Assembly: GCA_032718475.1 (NCBI GenBank)
Contig: JAUCBJ010007234.1
Span: forward strand, 26,099-90,098
DNA length: 64,000 bases
Source of the DNA: Nemertoderma westbladi
Taxonomy: Eukaryota > Animalia > Xenacoelomorpha
Direction: 5' to 3'
Notes under the pieces: model-generated
The model's input: the letters and a program-made list of their open reading frames with translations, nothing else
The model's database searches: none
What the model was told of the DNA's origin: nothing
Program-made: the position numbers and the translations under genes
Shown here: piece by piece, positions 1 through 12,222 of the stretch
Layout of the letters: the number at the start of each line of letters is the position of its first letter
Numbering within the stretch: position 1 is the stretch's first letter

Positions 1-520
1 AAGATAATATTAATAAAGATGGGGTGATGGTAACACCCCCTACTGGCACAATAAGTAGAGGAATTCCAGCAAAGTACTTTTCTGATGTAGACTTTGCTGA
101 TGACATATGGGTACTGTCAGAATCACTAGAGGGAGCCTAAAGGCTCTTCAGCTCATTGGAGCAGGTTGCTTATAGTGTTGGTCTTTTTGTATGTTCCAAG
201 AAGACCAAAATCATGACAGTCAACCTAGACAGCCTTCAAGAAATGTCTGATCGCAAGGGCATAAGCTCTAAGGATGGTTGGATGACTTCTGCTACTAGGG
301 ATCGCGGATCAGAAAGTCAGGTGAAGTACGTAAGACTTCGTATACGTGAGGGGAAGGCATGGGCAGCGTTAAATAGTCTGAACAAGGATTTGGAAGTCCC
401 ATAGAATAAAAAGGAACCTTAAGGTTCGATTATTTATGGCAGCAGTAGTACCGGTACTCTTACTGTATATGGGAGTCAATGCTGGGCTCTAACTGCAGAT
501 GCCGATCGTAGTAGTAGTAT
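1..520 (+). pseudogene. Degenerate RTE-type non-LTR retrotransposon RT fragment
   Basis: Broken frames read DVDFADDI (~84-108), KKTKIM, KAWAALNSLNK and YGSQCWALT, colinear with the intact LINE ORF at 20148-22399. A short (TAG)n run lies near 508-518. Confidence 0.75.
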
Positions 521-798
521 AAGTAAATCGCTGAAATTATTGAATAAATTGTCGCGAAATTAAATGTCCATTCCTTATCAGATCTGCTAATGGTATCTTG
601 TATCATGTCGCCTCCGGTAGGTTGGTAACCGCTCAATTCTAAATTTGTTGTGTACTGCCGTGCTGTACAACAAACTATGTAGGGAAGCCTACCGGGTACC
701 TTTCACAGCAATAATGGGTTAGCTAATAGGCCAGTTTGCCTTGAATTGGATTAGCTTGGGTTGGGACTACTGATTGCTGAAGATATGAATTAGGAAAT

Positions 799-920
799 TA
801 ACTCAAAGTGAACTCAAAGTGCTAACACCAAAATAGTGCTAACTCAAAGCGCTAACACCAAAATAGTGCTAACTCAATGGGCTAACACCAAAATGTGCTA
901 ACTCAAAGTGCTAACACCAC
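799..920. repeat. Minisatellite, ~30-bp unit (aactcaaagtgctaacaccaaaatagtgct), ~4 copies
   Basis: Tandem units visible directly. Confidence 0.9.
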
Positions 921-1974
921 TCAGAAAATGAATCCTTAATGTCAAATTTATATATTTTTGAGGTCAAAAAGGTATGATCCCACATTCACCAATTCGGCAA
1001 CTTTTGAAAAAGTGCACAGATTCAATGTGTCCTCTAGCAACCACATTGGGAACTCTAGGTCACTATATAGCTATAATCCTAACAGTTAGTCCTTTATGAA
1101 AACTACTGACCGTAATGAACTTTATTGCCCATAGTCCTAACATTCGCCTTGTTAGCATTTTATAAAAAACGTGGGTATTATTATATATTATTTATACATT
1201 ATACTAACTATTTATTATATTGCATTCATTTACGTATGTCTTTGTCTGACGCCGATCCGCAGTGATATTATTTTCATGGTCGAGCAAAGCGAGTGAGTTA
1301 TAAATTAAAACGAGGGACAGAAGTGAGATTTTAAGGGAACAATGTAGGACTAATGTTGTTTCCTAATTTCCTGTATCACTTGATCATGGCCGCGGATTGT
1401 TTATGCAACATAAACTATTTATGAGCACAAAATTCAACATTAAATCAAATAGAACATCCGTTCATGCTAATCAAAACCCCTGCAAAAATTAAAGCAAATA
1501 ATAAAAGTTTCATGAAATTTTCAAAGTAGGCCCACTACAAATTTACAATTTTCTGTCTAACTATTTGTTTTTCCTTCAAGGGAAGAGAGAGCATTTCAAA
1601 AATTCACATAAGGGACATATTTGCGATAATAGAAATGGCAATTTTATCATAAGCCGAAGATGCCCCTTTGGTGTAAATAATAAGGCTCGTGTTAGTTTTT
1701 AAACATCGCAGTACTTAGTGGTTTATTGAGGCTCATTAATTAACTTGGTTTAACTTGTAATTATAGAACGCTATTGTTCTAAATGTAAAATCTTGTGGGA
1801 CTGAATGGATATATTCGAAAATTTAAATATGCTGCAACTATGCAGGTAGAACAGGATCTGTATTAAGAAAACATTTATCAGAAGTGTAACTTTATACCCG
1901 ACTTGAAAACAAAGGGAAACGTAATACCACTGGTGATACATTATGCCTTTAACGTAATACTTTATGCTCTTTCT

Positions 1975-2272
1975 GACCTCTATAAGGCGCAGAAAGAGTC
2001 CCGATTCAAACAGACTACAGCGGCCAAGAATGCAGTTAAGGCTGCATCTAGGTCCCTGAACAGACAGTACTTTGTTAATCTACAGGAGCTTATAAACCAA
2101 CAGGTTGATGCCATCAATGATGGTGACGACAGCAGGCAATGATCGCAGGCATGGAAATCGATCAACTTGCTTACTGGGCGGAAAAACCAATCAACCACCA
2201 AGGTTAAGGCTGACTCACCAGCCGATCGCCTCAATGGTTGGAAGGCCCACTTTGAAAAGCTTCTCAATAATG
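1975..2272 (+). pseudogene. RTE-type LINE fragment (region between endonuclease and RT), with in-frame stop
   Basis: Reads ...DDSRQ*SQAWKSINLLTGRKNQSTTKVKADSPADRLNGWKAHFEKLL, matching LTWQTVNEVSGRKSCAKGRLKADSPEERVGKWKNHFSNLL in the 20-22 kb LINE. Confidence 0.75.
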
Positions 2273-2479
2273 ACATTACATGTAGGTCAGAATAGAGTGG
2301 TACGATTTATTAAAGACTACAATCCTAGGCATTACCTAATTCCAGATGACTTTTCTGAATCTGGATTACTTATCTTAGATAGTAGAGTTAAGCAGCTACG
2401 CCTTAACCATGTACAATTGTACATAAAGTGTATAATGGTTAATGGTGAGTGTCCCATTTACCTAACTACTAGGATCGGC

Positions 2480-2725
2480 ATGCTGCATTGCAGCTGCATT
2501 TTTAAGAATGCTGTGCCGGCTTATCGACAAAATTGCACCGCCACAACTCCCTATCACCCATGACATTTGCTAGATCATCCGAATCTTCAAGGCCAGTGTC
2601 CTTTAAGATGCGTCTCAAGAAAGTCATGGGCTGTCCACCATGCGTATTCACTCCAGGAGGCTGCCAAAGTACAAGATTATGCACTGGCTGATCCTCACGG
2701 CGAAAGCAATGTCCTGCTAAGCGGA
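2480..2725 (-). mobile_element. RTE-type LINE 3' end fragment
   Basis: GHCFRREDQPVHNLVLWQP...LWR is a LINE C-terminal motif. Highly similar to 15560-15805. Confidence 0.8.
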
Positions 2726-3150
2726 TTTACCTAAAACAAAAACTTCAACAGTGTGCGTGATACACACTCGTACAATTCCTAAAGGTAGTACTTCAAACTT
2801 TCACTATATAACTAGTATATGATACTTTAATTTTTAACGGCATTAAAAGCTCTAGCCTAATGAAATAAAAAACCTAGATAATCAACATTCTTCTAAATCT
2901 GCAGTTAAATCTCACCACGGTGTGCAATGTAAAAATAGGTACAATAGTCCAACAGTAAGTTATTAGTTTATTAATTATTTACTATTTATACTGTAATTAC
3001 GTTTTATAATAAATTGTTCTTTGCATAGTTAGGCCTTCATCTTTATCGTTGAGTCGGAGCATTGTCTCGTTCTCGGTAAAAAGTTGTATGAGTGTAAATT
3101 ACGTTTTATGACAAGCGTAAAATCGCACTACACAGTACAACTTACTATCT

Positions 3151-3541
3151 GTGGGGAATGGGAGAATAGGGAACAATTTGAAAAATAAAAGACTAATATG
3201 TGCGTTTAGGCAACCTCCTTCACTAAAGGGCATTTTGGGCCGTCAAAAGAAAGATAACTTTCCTGCAGATGCACCAATGTTGTATACGTCATGTATTGTC
3301 AGAAATGCCCCGAAACTTATATTGGTCAGACCATGGACTTCAGCACCGAATTAATCTCCACAGAAACCAAATACTCAATGACTGTTATAGACATTTTAGG
3401 TGTAGCAAACACTTTCACAACTGCGGGGAAAACCAATTTAAAGTGGACCCATTCTTCTGTTGTCGACATGAAAACTTATTAGAAGGCTACGAACAACATT
3501 TCATTGATAAATACCAACCTTCTTTGAACAGCCAACAATAG
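3151..3541 (+). pseudogene. Penelope-like element GIY-YIG endonuclease remnant (frameshifted)
   Basis: AFRQPPSLKGIL, then CTNVVYVMYCQKCPETYIGQT (GIY-YIG signature), SKHF, and YEQHFIDKYQPSLN across three frames. Confidence 0.8.
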
Positions 3542-3647
3542 CTAAGAACCAATTGGTGTAAAGTGGGCCCAGATTTTGTCGATCTCATAAACTATATAAA
3601 CCTTATTGAGTTTCCAATAATGTTACTTTATTTTTTTTGAAAACCAG

Positions 3648-3678
3648 ACGTTCTGAAGATATTGAAATGCATTAACGT
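3648..3678 (+). ncRNA. Minimal type I hammerhead ribozyme of a Penelope pseudo-LTR
   Basis: acgtt-CTGAAGA-tatt-GAAA-tgca-TT-aacgt: stem I acgtt/aacgt, conserved core boxes, palindromic stem III. Lies ~110 nt after the GIY-YIG remnant. Confidence 0.65.
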
Positions 3679-4117
3679 GTTTAATATCTGGTTTACTTAT
3701 TTATTTGTTTTTAATTATTTTTAATAATTTAATGTTTAATAAATCCTAATAATATTGCCATGTAACTTTTGAATTTTTCAACTATTTAAACCGGAATATA
3801 GCCAATTCTAACTCAATTTAAACCTCCATTGTTAGGTGTATACAATGTTTCGTGTTTGTCATTGTTTTTTTCATAATCTACTGTACATATAAACAAATCT
3901 ATAGGCCTATTGGCTGGCAGTCATACGAACTTTGGGTGTGTTCTCCAGACCAGAAACTCATAACCCAAACCTTGGAGCCGCACTGCAGCACTCCCAGTAA
4001 ATACGGCGAATGCCTGGCGCATTCGGGATTCGAACATCTTCAGCATGCTACCAGCATTCGGAAATGAAACATAGTGGCGAATGCTAGAAGAATGATGAAT
4101 ACCGAATTCCAGGCGCA

Positions 4118-4535
4118 TAATTCATTCGAACCCCGAACCTCTCACGAATGTCTGGCGTACAATTCATTCGAACCCCGAACCACTCACGAATGTCTGGCGT
4201 ACAATTCATTCCAACCCCGAACCTCTCACGAATGTCTGGCGTACAATTCATTCGAACCCCGAACCTCTCACGAATGTCTGGCGTACAATTCATTCGAACC
4301 CCGAACCTCTCACGAATGTCTGGCGTACAATTCATTCGAACCCCGAACCTCTCACGAATGTCTGGCGTACAATTCATTCGAACCCCGAACCTCTCACGAA
4401 TGTCTGGCGTACAATTCATTCGAACCCCGAACCTCTCACGAATGTCTGGCGTACAATTCATTCCCCCCTATACCCCTCGCGAACGTCTGGCGTACAATTC
4501 ATTCTCCCCTATACCCCTCGCGAACGTCTGGCACA
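4118..4535. repeat. 42-bp tandem repeat (aattcattcgaaccccgaacctctcacgaatgtctggcgtac), ~8 near-perfect plus ~2 diverged copies
   Basis: Seen directly. It explains the 14-aa periodic ORFs. Confidence 0.95.
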
Positions 4536-5667
4536 CAATCTATTCCTCTCAGAAACGTCTGGCTTTTATTCTGAGACAGAACTTTTGGCGAAACTTTGGC
4601 GAATCATTTCAACTTCCTTATTTACAGTAGCCCCAATGCAATGAGTTACACTAATAATCTCTCTACAGCTCATTGATTGTCGATAACCAGAGTCGCTGTT
4701 ATTGTGTGGTCTACATACACAATTCTGCCAGCAGACTTATCATTTATACTCCCAAATATACCCAAATAATAATGAATTAGTTTCAATGTAGTAATTAATT
4801 CTTAACGTTTATTTCAATAATAATGTATGATGAACTGTTATATATAATACGTACATAAACACAATAATTAATATTCAGAATACTATCAATGATTGGCAAT
4901 ATTTTGTTAAAATTCAAATAGATTAGATTACATTCAGTATTATAATTTTACTCAATCCGCTCAGTAACTATATTATTAAAATCAATTTGACTTTCATTTC
5001 GCACTCCAAAAGGAAACATGAAGTTACAAATGAAATCACAATACTATCTGCAGATGACACATTGGACAAGAATATAATATTTACGTAATAATTACATTGA
5101 TTATAAACAGCAATAAAGCATAACACAATCATATTGAAGCAATAAGTTTACCGGTGATGCAGACCTCCTCCCCGCCTACTTGCGGTGTCCTGTAGTCTTG
5201 CGCTAGGATCATTCGCGCAATAAGCCACCTCTCTAGAACTGTACACACGTATAGCTTTGTATAGGGCCTACAGTGCAATTCGTACTATTTATACGATAAA
5301 TAATTAACTTACTTGCATGATGGCCATGGTGATCACCAATTGTTTTCGTGTTTTTTTTGCCAGCTTTTCAAGTTCACACGCATTGTAGTCGGTTCTCATA
5401 TACTTGACGATTAAACTTGACTCCTTGACTCTCCTCGTGATACTTGGTGATATCTTTATTGCACTTTCCCTTTCCAGTATGACAAGTTACATTATGTACT
5501 GGAAATGTTTTACTGCAAAAATAATATTTGAAACAAAAACACCTCAACACAAGCACTATACTGTATATATACTGTATATTGTACCCGCTACATTCACAAA
5601 TTAAAATTATTAATTTAAAATGCAGCATCAGTTGTTGTACCTCGAATAATAAGGCTACAATAATGAA

Positions 5668-5703
5668 TACTACTACTACTACTAGGTCGAGCGAACTCGG
5701 ACA
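5668..5703 (-). mobile_element. Ultra-short 5'-truncated copy of the RTE LINE 3' terminus with (TAG)n tail
   Basis: tactactactactactaggtcgagcgaactcggaca is identical to the terminus of the LINE at 20137-20169. Confidence 0.75.
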
Positions 5704-5774
5704 AATATCTTTCAGTTGCGGGAGTAAACCGCTTGTGGTCGCAACTCATACAAGCGTCTTCGCAGCAGGTCGCG

Positions 5775-5924
5775 GTTGGTTGATTACCTTCCGCCGACCT
5801 TGTCAGCATGTCTAGCCGTTGGTTGATTACCTTCCGCCGACCTTGTCAGCATGTCTAGCCGTTGGTTGATTACCTTCCGCCGACCTTGTCAGCATGTCTA
5901 GCCGTTGGTTGATTACATTCCGCC
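5775..5924. repeat. 43-bp tandem repeat, ~3.5 copies
   Basis: gttggttgattaccttccgccgaccttgtcagcatgtctagcc repeated. Confidence 0.95.
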
Positions 5925-7699
5925 TATCCATGGCCTACAGCCCTGCTGCCGACTGTAGGGGTCCTTTTGTTACACCCTGAACCAAGTGTGCCTCCTGGGT
6001 TAGGTTACCTAACACTGGTAGAGGAGCATGCCAGTATAGACAGGGCGGGGCTTGTATCATCTCTAATGCAGATGCGTATCAAGCCTTTGCCTTCAATGGT
6101 GCCCTAGGCGCTATAGCCCTCAATGACTTATTTAGTTGACGATAATTACAATTATAATAATTAATAAAATAGTAAAACTACATAAATGATACCGTATCAA
6201 ACAATATTACCATTCTCATAAAATGGACTACAGTGAATTTAAAAAATTGCGCCCAAATTTAAATATATCTAAGTTTAGTCCTGTGTTTAACCAGATAACA
6301 GCGTGAGTGATGAGTAGCCAGACTGTTAACCCAACAGTTCCAGCCATACAGTACAGTGCTGCAGTGCTACAGTCTATCTAAGAAATCCGCGAAAATTATC
6401 CTGACCAATGTTATTCGCAGACAAGCATTCCCAACCCATTCACCACGCATGCTTGGAATTCGATGGATAAATCATTCCTGTTAATGAAATTCTTAGTATG
6501 CGCCTCGCTCTCCTGGCGCTTACGGCTTACCTGAAAACTATTCCCAGACAAGAATCTTTGGCGAATCTCTCCCGCCCTCAAGAAATGTACCAGAACGACT
6601 GGCGAACATGTCGTTCACCACATATGCGCCTAGCACGCTCGTTGTTTACTGGGCTGTACCTGTACCATGTCTGCATGTAGGCCTACCTGCGTACTGGTAC
6701 TGTAACATGTATTACAGTACTGCATTACTGTCTCCTCTCACTGTATTTATTATGCATAGCAGCATACAGGCATAGATAGAGGCATACAGGCATAGATAGG
6801 GCCATGCAGTTCAGCATAGTTTCAGAGTTTATTGTTTAGGCTTATTACAGTAGGAGTAGGCCTATTACAGTACGGTATGACTGCAGACTGTATTACCGGT
6901 AGTTATTTCTGTATTCGGGTATTCTATGAATACTGGCTGACTGGTACCGGTACTTTACAGCTTTACCCTTTCTGCCTTTATACAGATAGGCCAATAGCCA
7001 TATAGGCCTAATTGTTCACGTGTGATGTGCACCATACGCATACTGCACACCACATACAGACATAGGCCTATCAGTAGGGAACATACCCTTAAATAAGCTC
7101 CAAAACTGGGTTCTTATTTAAGGAAAATGGCTCTTATTTAGGGGTTTTTGGGCCTTTTTTGGATATTTTTTCGACATAATATGCAAGAACTTGTTTCCGG
7201 TAAAAATACCGCATAATTTTATTTCACAATATAAAAGTTGGGTCTTTCTTGAACATAATGCAAAAAACCAGAAAACATTTCACCGTCCGGTTTTTTTTCT
7301 ACAAGCGTTTTAAAATTGCATCAAAAATACGACCAGTTCCTAATAAGAGGGATTTTTTAAATTTACCTTATTTAAGACATCGAAATTGTACACATAAATA
7401 CTAAAAGTCCTTAAATAAGAACTTTTTGACATGGGTTTCATATTTAGGTATACAATTTCATTCCAAAATCTGCATACTCCTTAAATAAATTAAATATTTC
7501 TCATTTCTCAAATATTAAATTAAATAAATTAAATATCCTTATATAATGTCTCTTATAACCTCGTCTCCCAGCCCCGTCCTCCTTCTGCCCTTAACTGCTT
7601 ATGACAGTTATGACCTCCTAACTGCCTAACCTTTACAGGACATTGCAAGATGCCGAGATAAGGGAGCTTCTGAGCTTAATTTGATAGGTGCAAAAATGC

Positions 7700-8930
7700 A
7701 CAACGAGCAACAATGACCAACAACGAGCAACAAATGAACAATGAGTAACAAAACAACGAGCAACAATGAGCAACAACAAGTAACATTGAGCAATACTAAA
7801 GTGGTGAAAGTACAACAACGAGCAATAATGAGGAACAACGACTGAACGAGCAACAATGAGCAACAACGAGTAACAATGAGCATCTACAGAACTACGAATA
7901 CTGCGAGTAACATTGAGCAACAATGAGAAACAATGAGCAACAACGAGCAAAAATGAGCAATACTGCAATAATAAAGTACAACAACGAGCAACAATGAGCA
8001 ACAGCGAGAAACAACGAACAACAATGAGCAATAATGAGGAACAACGACTGAACGAGCAACAACGAGCAACAATGAGCAACAACGAGTAACATTGAGAGAC
8101 AACGAGCAACAATGAGCAATAATAAAGTACAACAACGAGAAACAATGAGCAACAACGAGAAACAACGAGCAACAATGAGGAACAACGACTGAACGAGCAA
8201 TAATAAAGTACAACAATGAGCAACAACGAGTAACAATGAGTAATAATGAGCAACAATGAGCAATAATAAAAGTACAACAACGAGCAACAACGAGAAACAA
8301 CGAGCAACAATGAGGAACAACGACTGAACGAGCAATAATAAAGTACAACAACGAGCAACAACGAGAAACAACGACCAATAATTAGGACATGAGGAACAAC
8401 GAGTAACAATGAGCAACAATGACAATGAGTAACAACGGGTAACATTGAGCAATAATAAAGTATAACAACGAGTAACATTGAGCAACAACGAGCAACAATG
8501 AGAAACACTGAGCAACAATGAACAATAATAAAGAACAACAACGAACAACAATGAGCAACAACGAGAAACAACGAGCAATAATGAGCAACAACGACTGAAC
8601 GAGCAACAACGAGTTATATAGAGCAACAATGAGCAATAATAAAGTACAACAACGACTGAACGAGCAGCAACGAGTAATATTGAGCAACAATGAGCAATAA
8701 TAAAGTACAACAACGAGAAAAAACGAGCAACAATGAGGAACAACGATTGAACGAGCAATAATAAAGTACAACAACGAGCAACAATGAGCAACAACGAGCA
8801 ATAATAGAGTACAACGAGCAACAACGAGCAATAATAAAGTACAACTAACGAGCAACAATGAGCACCAACAAGCAACAATGAGAAATAATAAAGCACAACG
8901 AGCAGCAATGAGCAACAACGAGCAACAAAC
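7700..8930. repeat. Complex ~10-bp minisatellite (aacaatgagc / aacaacgagc variants)
   Basis: Seen directly. It generates the spurious Leu/Cys/Val-rich minus-strand ORFs. Confidence 0.95.
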
Positions 8931-8949
8931 TGCGTCGAACCGGGTTGAA

Positions 8950-9295
8950 TGTGGGGGAGAGTCACGTTCAAGTGAGCGAAACCTTAGCATATGGGTGCTA
9001 TTAACGAATTGTCTGTCGTCGTTGTAAATTTTTTATCGCTAATAACTCGGTCATTCCTTGATGAAATTAAACGAAACTTGGTATGTATGTAGTCTGTCAA
9101 AAGATTATAAATAATCTGAAGTTTGGTAAAAAAACAAACGAACGCAATGAGGCAAATTAAGGAGACGAGTATTGTGTTGAACGACCTCTGACTAACGAAA
9201 GACAACATGTTAATGGGGTGGGGCCCCTATCAGCTAGGGCTAGCTAAGGCTTTGCTCACTTCATGCTGCGTAAAGGTCCCACGAACGTGTCCCAC
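8950..9295. mobile_element. Dispersed repeat, Helentron/DINE-1-like non-autonomous element
   Basis: Similar to 16110-16320 (gtgag..ccttagc..ctgtcgt..aataactcgg..ccttgatgaaat..aaacttggta) and to 17672-17710. The aaacttggta core and adjacent satellite resemble DINE-1/HINE elements. Confidence 0.45.
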
Positions 9296-10651
9296 TGCTG
9301 CCTGAGCCAGTTGAGCCAAAAACGTCACCCAGTCATCATCTTTAACCTTCTAACGTCTATCAGCTGCCCGACGGAACCATATTTGTGCCTGCCTATTGAC
9401 ATGACATTGACATTGGTTTTTTTTCACACCTTTCAAGTACAACATTGTGGACAATCCATCTAAGTGGGGCGTAATGCGGAGCAGAAGAGGAAATGCAGGA
9501 CACAAGTTAGTTTTTCGAAACTGTGCGGCGATGTCCAGTCCAGTTACTTGAGTATGTCTCATCGAAATACGTGACAATGTATGTGCGCTCAGATGGGCGA
9601 TGGCGATGGGCTATTCTTTTGAATATCAAAGGGCTATTCTATGCTACCGTGTGAGGTAAGAATGCCAGTGCTAGCAACTTCATTATGATACGATATTCTA
9701 CAGAGGATTTATAGAGTGCAGTGCAACCATTGTCCTTATCCTTAACCCAACAATTAGCAATATTCAGACTGACATAAATCAAAGAATTATGAAAGAAGTG
9801 TAACATATACTGTAAGGAATAAGGAATATTTATTTTATTTAAGGAATGTGCAGATTTTGGAATACAATTGTATTCCTAAATAAGAAGCCCAGGTCAAAAA
9901 GTTCTTATTTAAGGACTTTTAGTATTTATGTGTACAATTTCGCTATCTTAAATAAGGTTAATTTAAAAAATCCCTCTTATTTAGGAACTGGTCGTATTTT
10001 TGATGCAATTTTAAAACGCTTGTAGAAAAAAAACCGGACGGTGAAATGTTTTCTGGTTTTTTGCATTATGTTCAAGAAAGACCCAACTTTTATATTGTGA
10101 AATAAAATTATGCGGTATTTTTACCTGAAACAAGTTCTTGCATATTATGTCGAAAAAATATCAAAAAAAGGCCCAAAAACCCCTAAATAAGAGCCATTTT
10201 CCTTAAATAAGAACCCACTTTTGGAGCTTATTTAAGGGTATGGGGTATGTTCCCTACTGCCTATTGCAGTATTGCCTTAAGACAGTAAGCTGATAGGCCT
10301 AAGCCTGTACAGCTGTAAGCTTTGTTGTTTGTAACGGTAGCGATTACCGGTCCGGTAACTTACCTGCTTACTGACTTATTGATTTAACTTCTGAACTTGC
10401 ATATAATTCCTGAATTCAGTACATAGTAGGCCTAATTGGCAGATTGGTGACGTGATCCATGATCAGACCTATACCCAACTGAAGCCCTGCAATACCGGTA
10501 CCAGGTACATGCGCTAGGCTGCTGGGTAGGTCCGCTGTCAGCTGTTCGGCCTACCTGCTCAGCTCAGCACTCCTCCAACCAGCCATCGCAACAGCGCCTG
10601 CTGCCTGCCCGTCGCAGCTCGATCCAGCGCTTGAGGATATTGTGAAATTTA

Positions 10652-10948
10652 ATGACGTCAATTTCTAAAATGGTGTTGTCGGATAATTGGTTCCTATGTT
10701 TTTCCTGTTGCTGGAACCAGCAACCTCATCAACCAAAAAAGAAACCGATTGATCGGAACATGATAGGAATGCCAACAAACTTTGAACACACCAGCCACCT
10801 GGGCTCTACGGATGCTGGATCAAGCAGTCCTATGCAAGACTTATCACAGAGAATGAGTGGTAAAGGCGGCTATCTAAGACAAGTAAACTCCCCAAGCAGT
10901 GACTCTCTAACTACCGGTAGAGAACATAATGTTTTGGTCTTGAAGTGA
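10652..10948 (+). CDS. CDC42SE: CDC42 small effector protein (SPEC/CDC42SE family), single-exon ORF; start may be the second Met at 10670
   Basis: N-terminal WFLCFSCC palmitoylation motif, basic KKK, CRIB motif IDRNMIGMPTNFEHTSHLG, and C-terminal MSGKGGY typical of SPEC proteins. Confidence 0.88.
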   Translation: MTSISKMVLSDNWFLCFSCCWNQQPHQPKKKPIDRNMIGMPTNFEHTSHLGSTDAGSSSPMQDLSQRMSGKGGYLRQVNSPSSDSLTTGREHNVLVLK

Positions 10949-12222
10949 TAATCCATTATGATTGTTTTCTTGTAGGCCTAATGTCTATATAATTTGGATG
11001 CTCAGATCTTTGTTTCCATAGTTTTGCAGTTTTGTAATTCATAACACATAAAGTTACAATTACAGAATTACCGGTAGCAGATTTTTTATATGCTACTTTT
11101 TGATTTAGACAATGGTACCGGTACCGTCGGACAGAGGTATAACTGTATCACTGAATGAGGTATGATAGGCCTGCCTATTGCCTATGTCTAAGTGCCGATG
11201 CCAAACTATGCCAAACCCCTATCCCATTACAGTATCCCCCTAATGCTTCAAATAATTATTGGGGCAGTATTGCTATTGCATTGCATCAAGTATGTTTGTC
11301 AGTTGTTTTGACTACCGGTACCGGTAATTCAATTTATTATTATAATAATACCTGAATACTACAATACCAGAATACGTTCTCGGCACTGCTCGAGTTCTCG
11401 CTTAAAGTTTCGGTCCGCAGTGATATCGTATACAAGATGACCATTTATATTGGCCCATTATTAGCAGTATAATTAATTGTTTATAGTACCGGAAGGTCTA
11501 TATTGAAAATCACCATGTGGAGTGGCCACAAACCATCTCTGCATCTAGTCGTATTTAAACAGTTACCTGTAAATCGAAATTGAAATCATACGGTATATAT
11601 ATATAGCTGTATGTATAGTACTAGTAACCATAGTAACAGTAACCAAAATAATAGAAAGTAAGGCCTTTACAGAAGTAGTACGATACGGTATTATACAGAT
11701 ATATACAACTCATATGTTCCATAACGTGTACCCGTATCCCCTTCCTTTACCTACAGGCTAGTTAGCTGACCGGTAACTATTATCATCATTTTACTCTACT
11801 GCTCCATACTGTCATATTTATCTTATATTTGTTTGGGCTATTGCCAGATATCAGCTAAAGTTTGGGACTGTGGGTGCCACACGAACATCTGTTAAAAACT
11901 TACTTCGGTGTAGTTAATATTAATAGAGTGTGATTTATATGATATATATGGACGCGTTTGTTACGCACCAGTACGCGTCAGATAGTGGCGCGCATTGACC
12001 ACAATTGTAATAAAATAATCTTCGGCGTAATTTGGTAGCATATGAACAGATGCAATACCGGTAATTGTTTATTGTTTTGGTTACAAAAGGCCGACACAGT
12101 ATATAATCTGCTCTTTCCCATTAATGATTTAAATTAAATTAAGTTTCTAAACCCACTACTGTAAACACATTATTTGATGATTATTATATATTATTTGATG
12201 TGAAATTTGCGCCATTAACTCC

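Larger units (their letters stand above)
3993..6653. mobile_element. Non-autonomous DNA transposon, CMC/EnSpm-like (CCCAG termini, 2-bp TSD CT)
   Basis: Starts cccagtaaatacggcgaatgcctggcgcat; the end reverse-complements to cccagtaaacaacgagcgtgctaggcgcat. CT flanks both sides. Related ctggcg-type subterminal motifs occur at both ends. Confidence 0.65.
7072..10259. mobile_element. Non-autonomous foldback DNA transposon with ~420-bp TIRs and 5-bp TSD (CCTAT)
   Basis: 7072-~7490 is the reverse complement of ~9835-10259 (termini CAGTAGGGAACATACCC / GGGTATGTTCCCTACTG). cctat flanks both ends. Confidence 0.85.

Noticed and set aside
4118-4535. CRISPR-like regular repeats (also 5775-5924, 23590-23716)
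   Set aside because: Units are head-to-tail with no unique spacers, there are no cas genes, and the context is eukaryotic.
7626-8990. Long Cys/Leu/Val-rich ORFs on the minus strand
   Set aside because: Translations of a 10-bp minisatellite, open in several frames.
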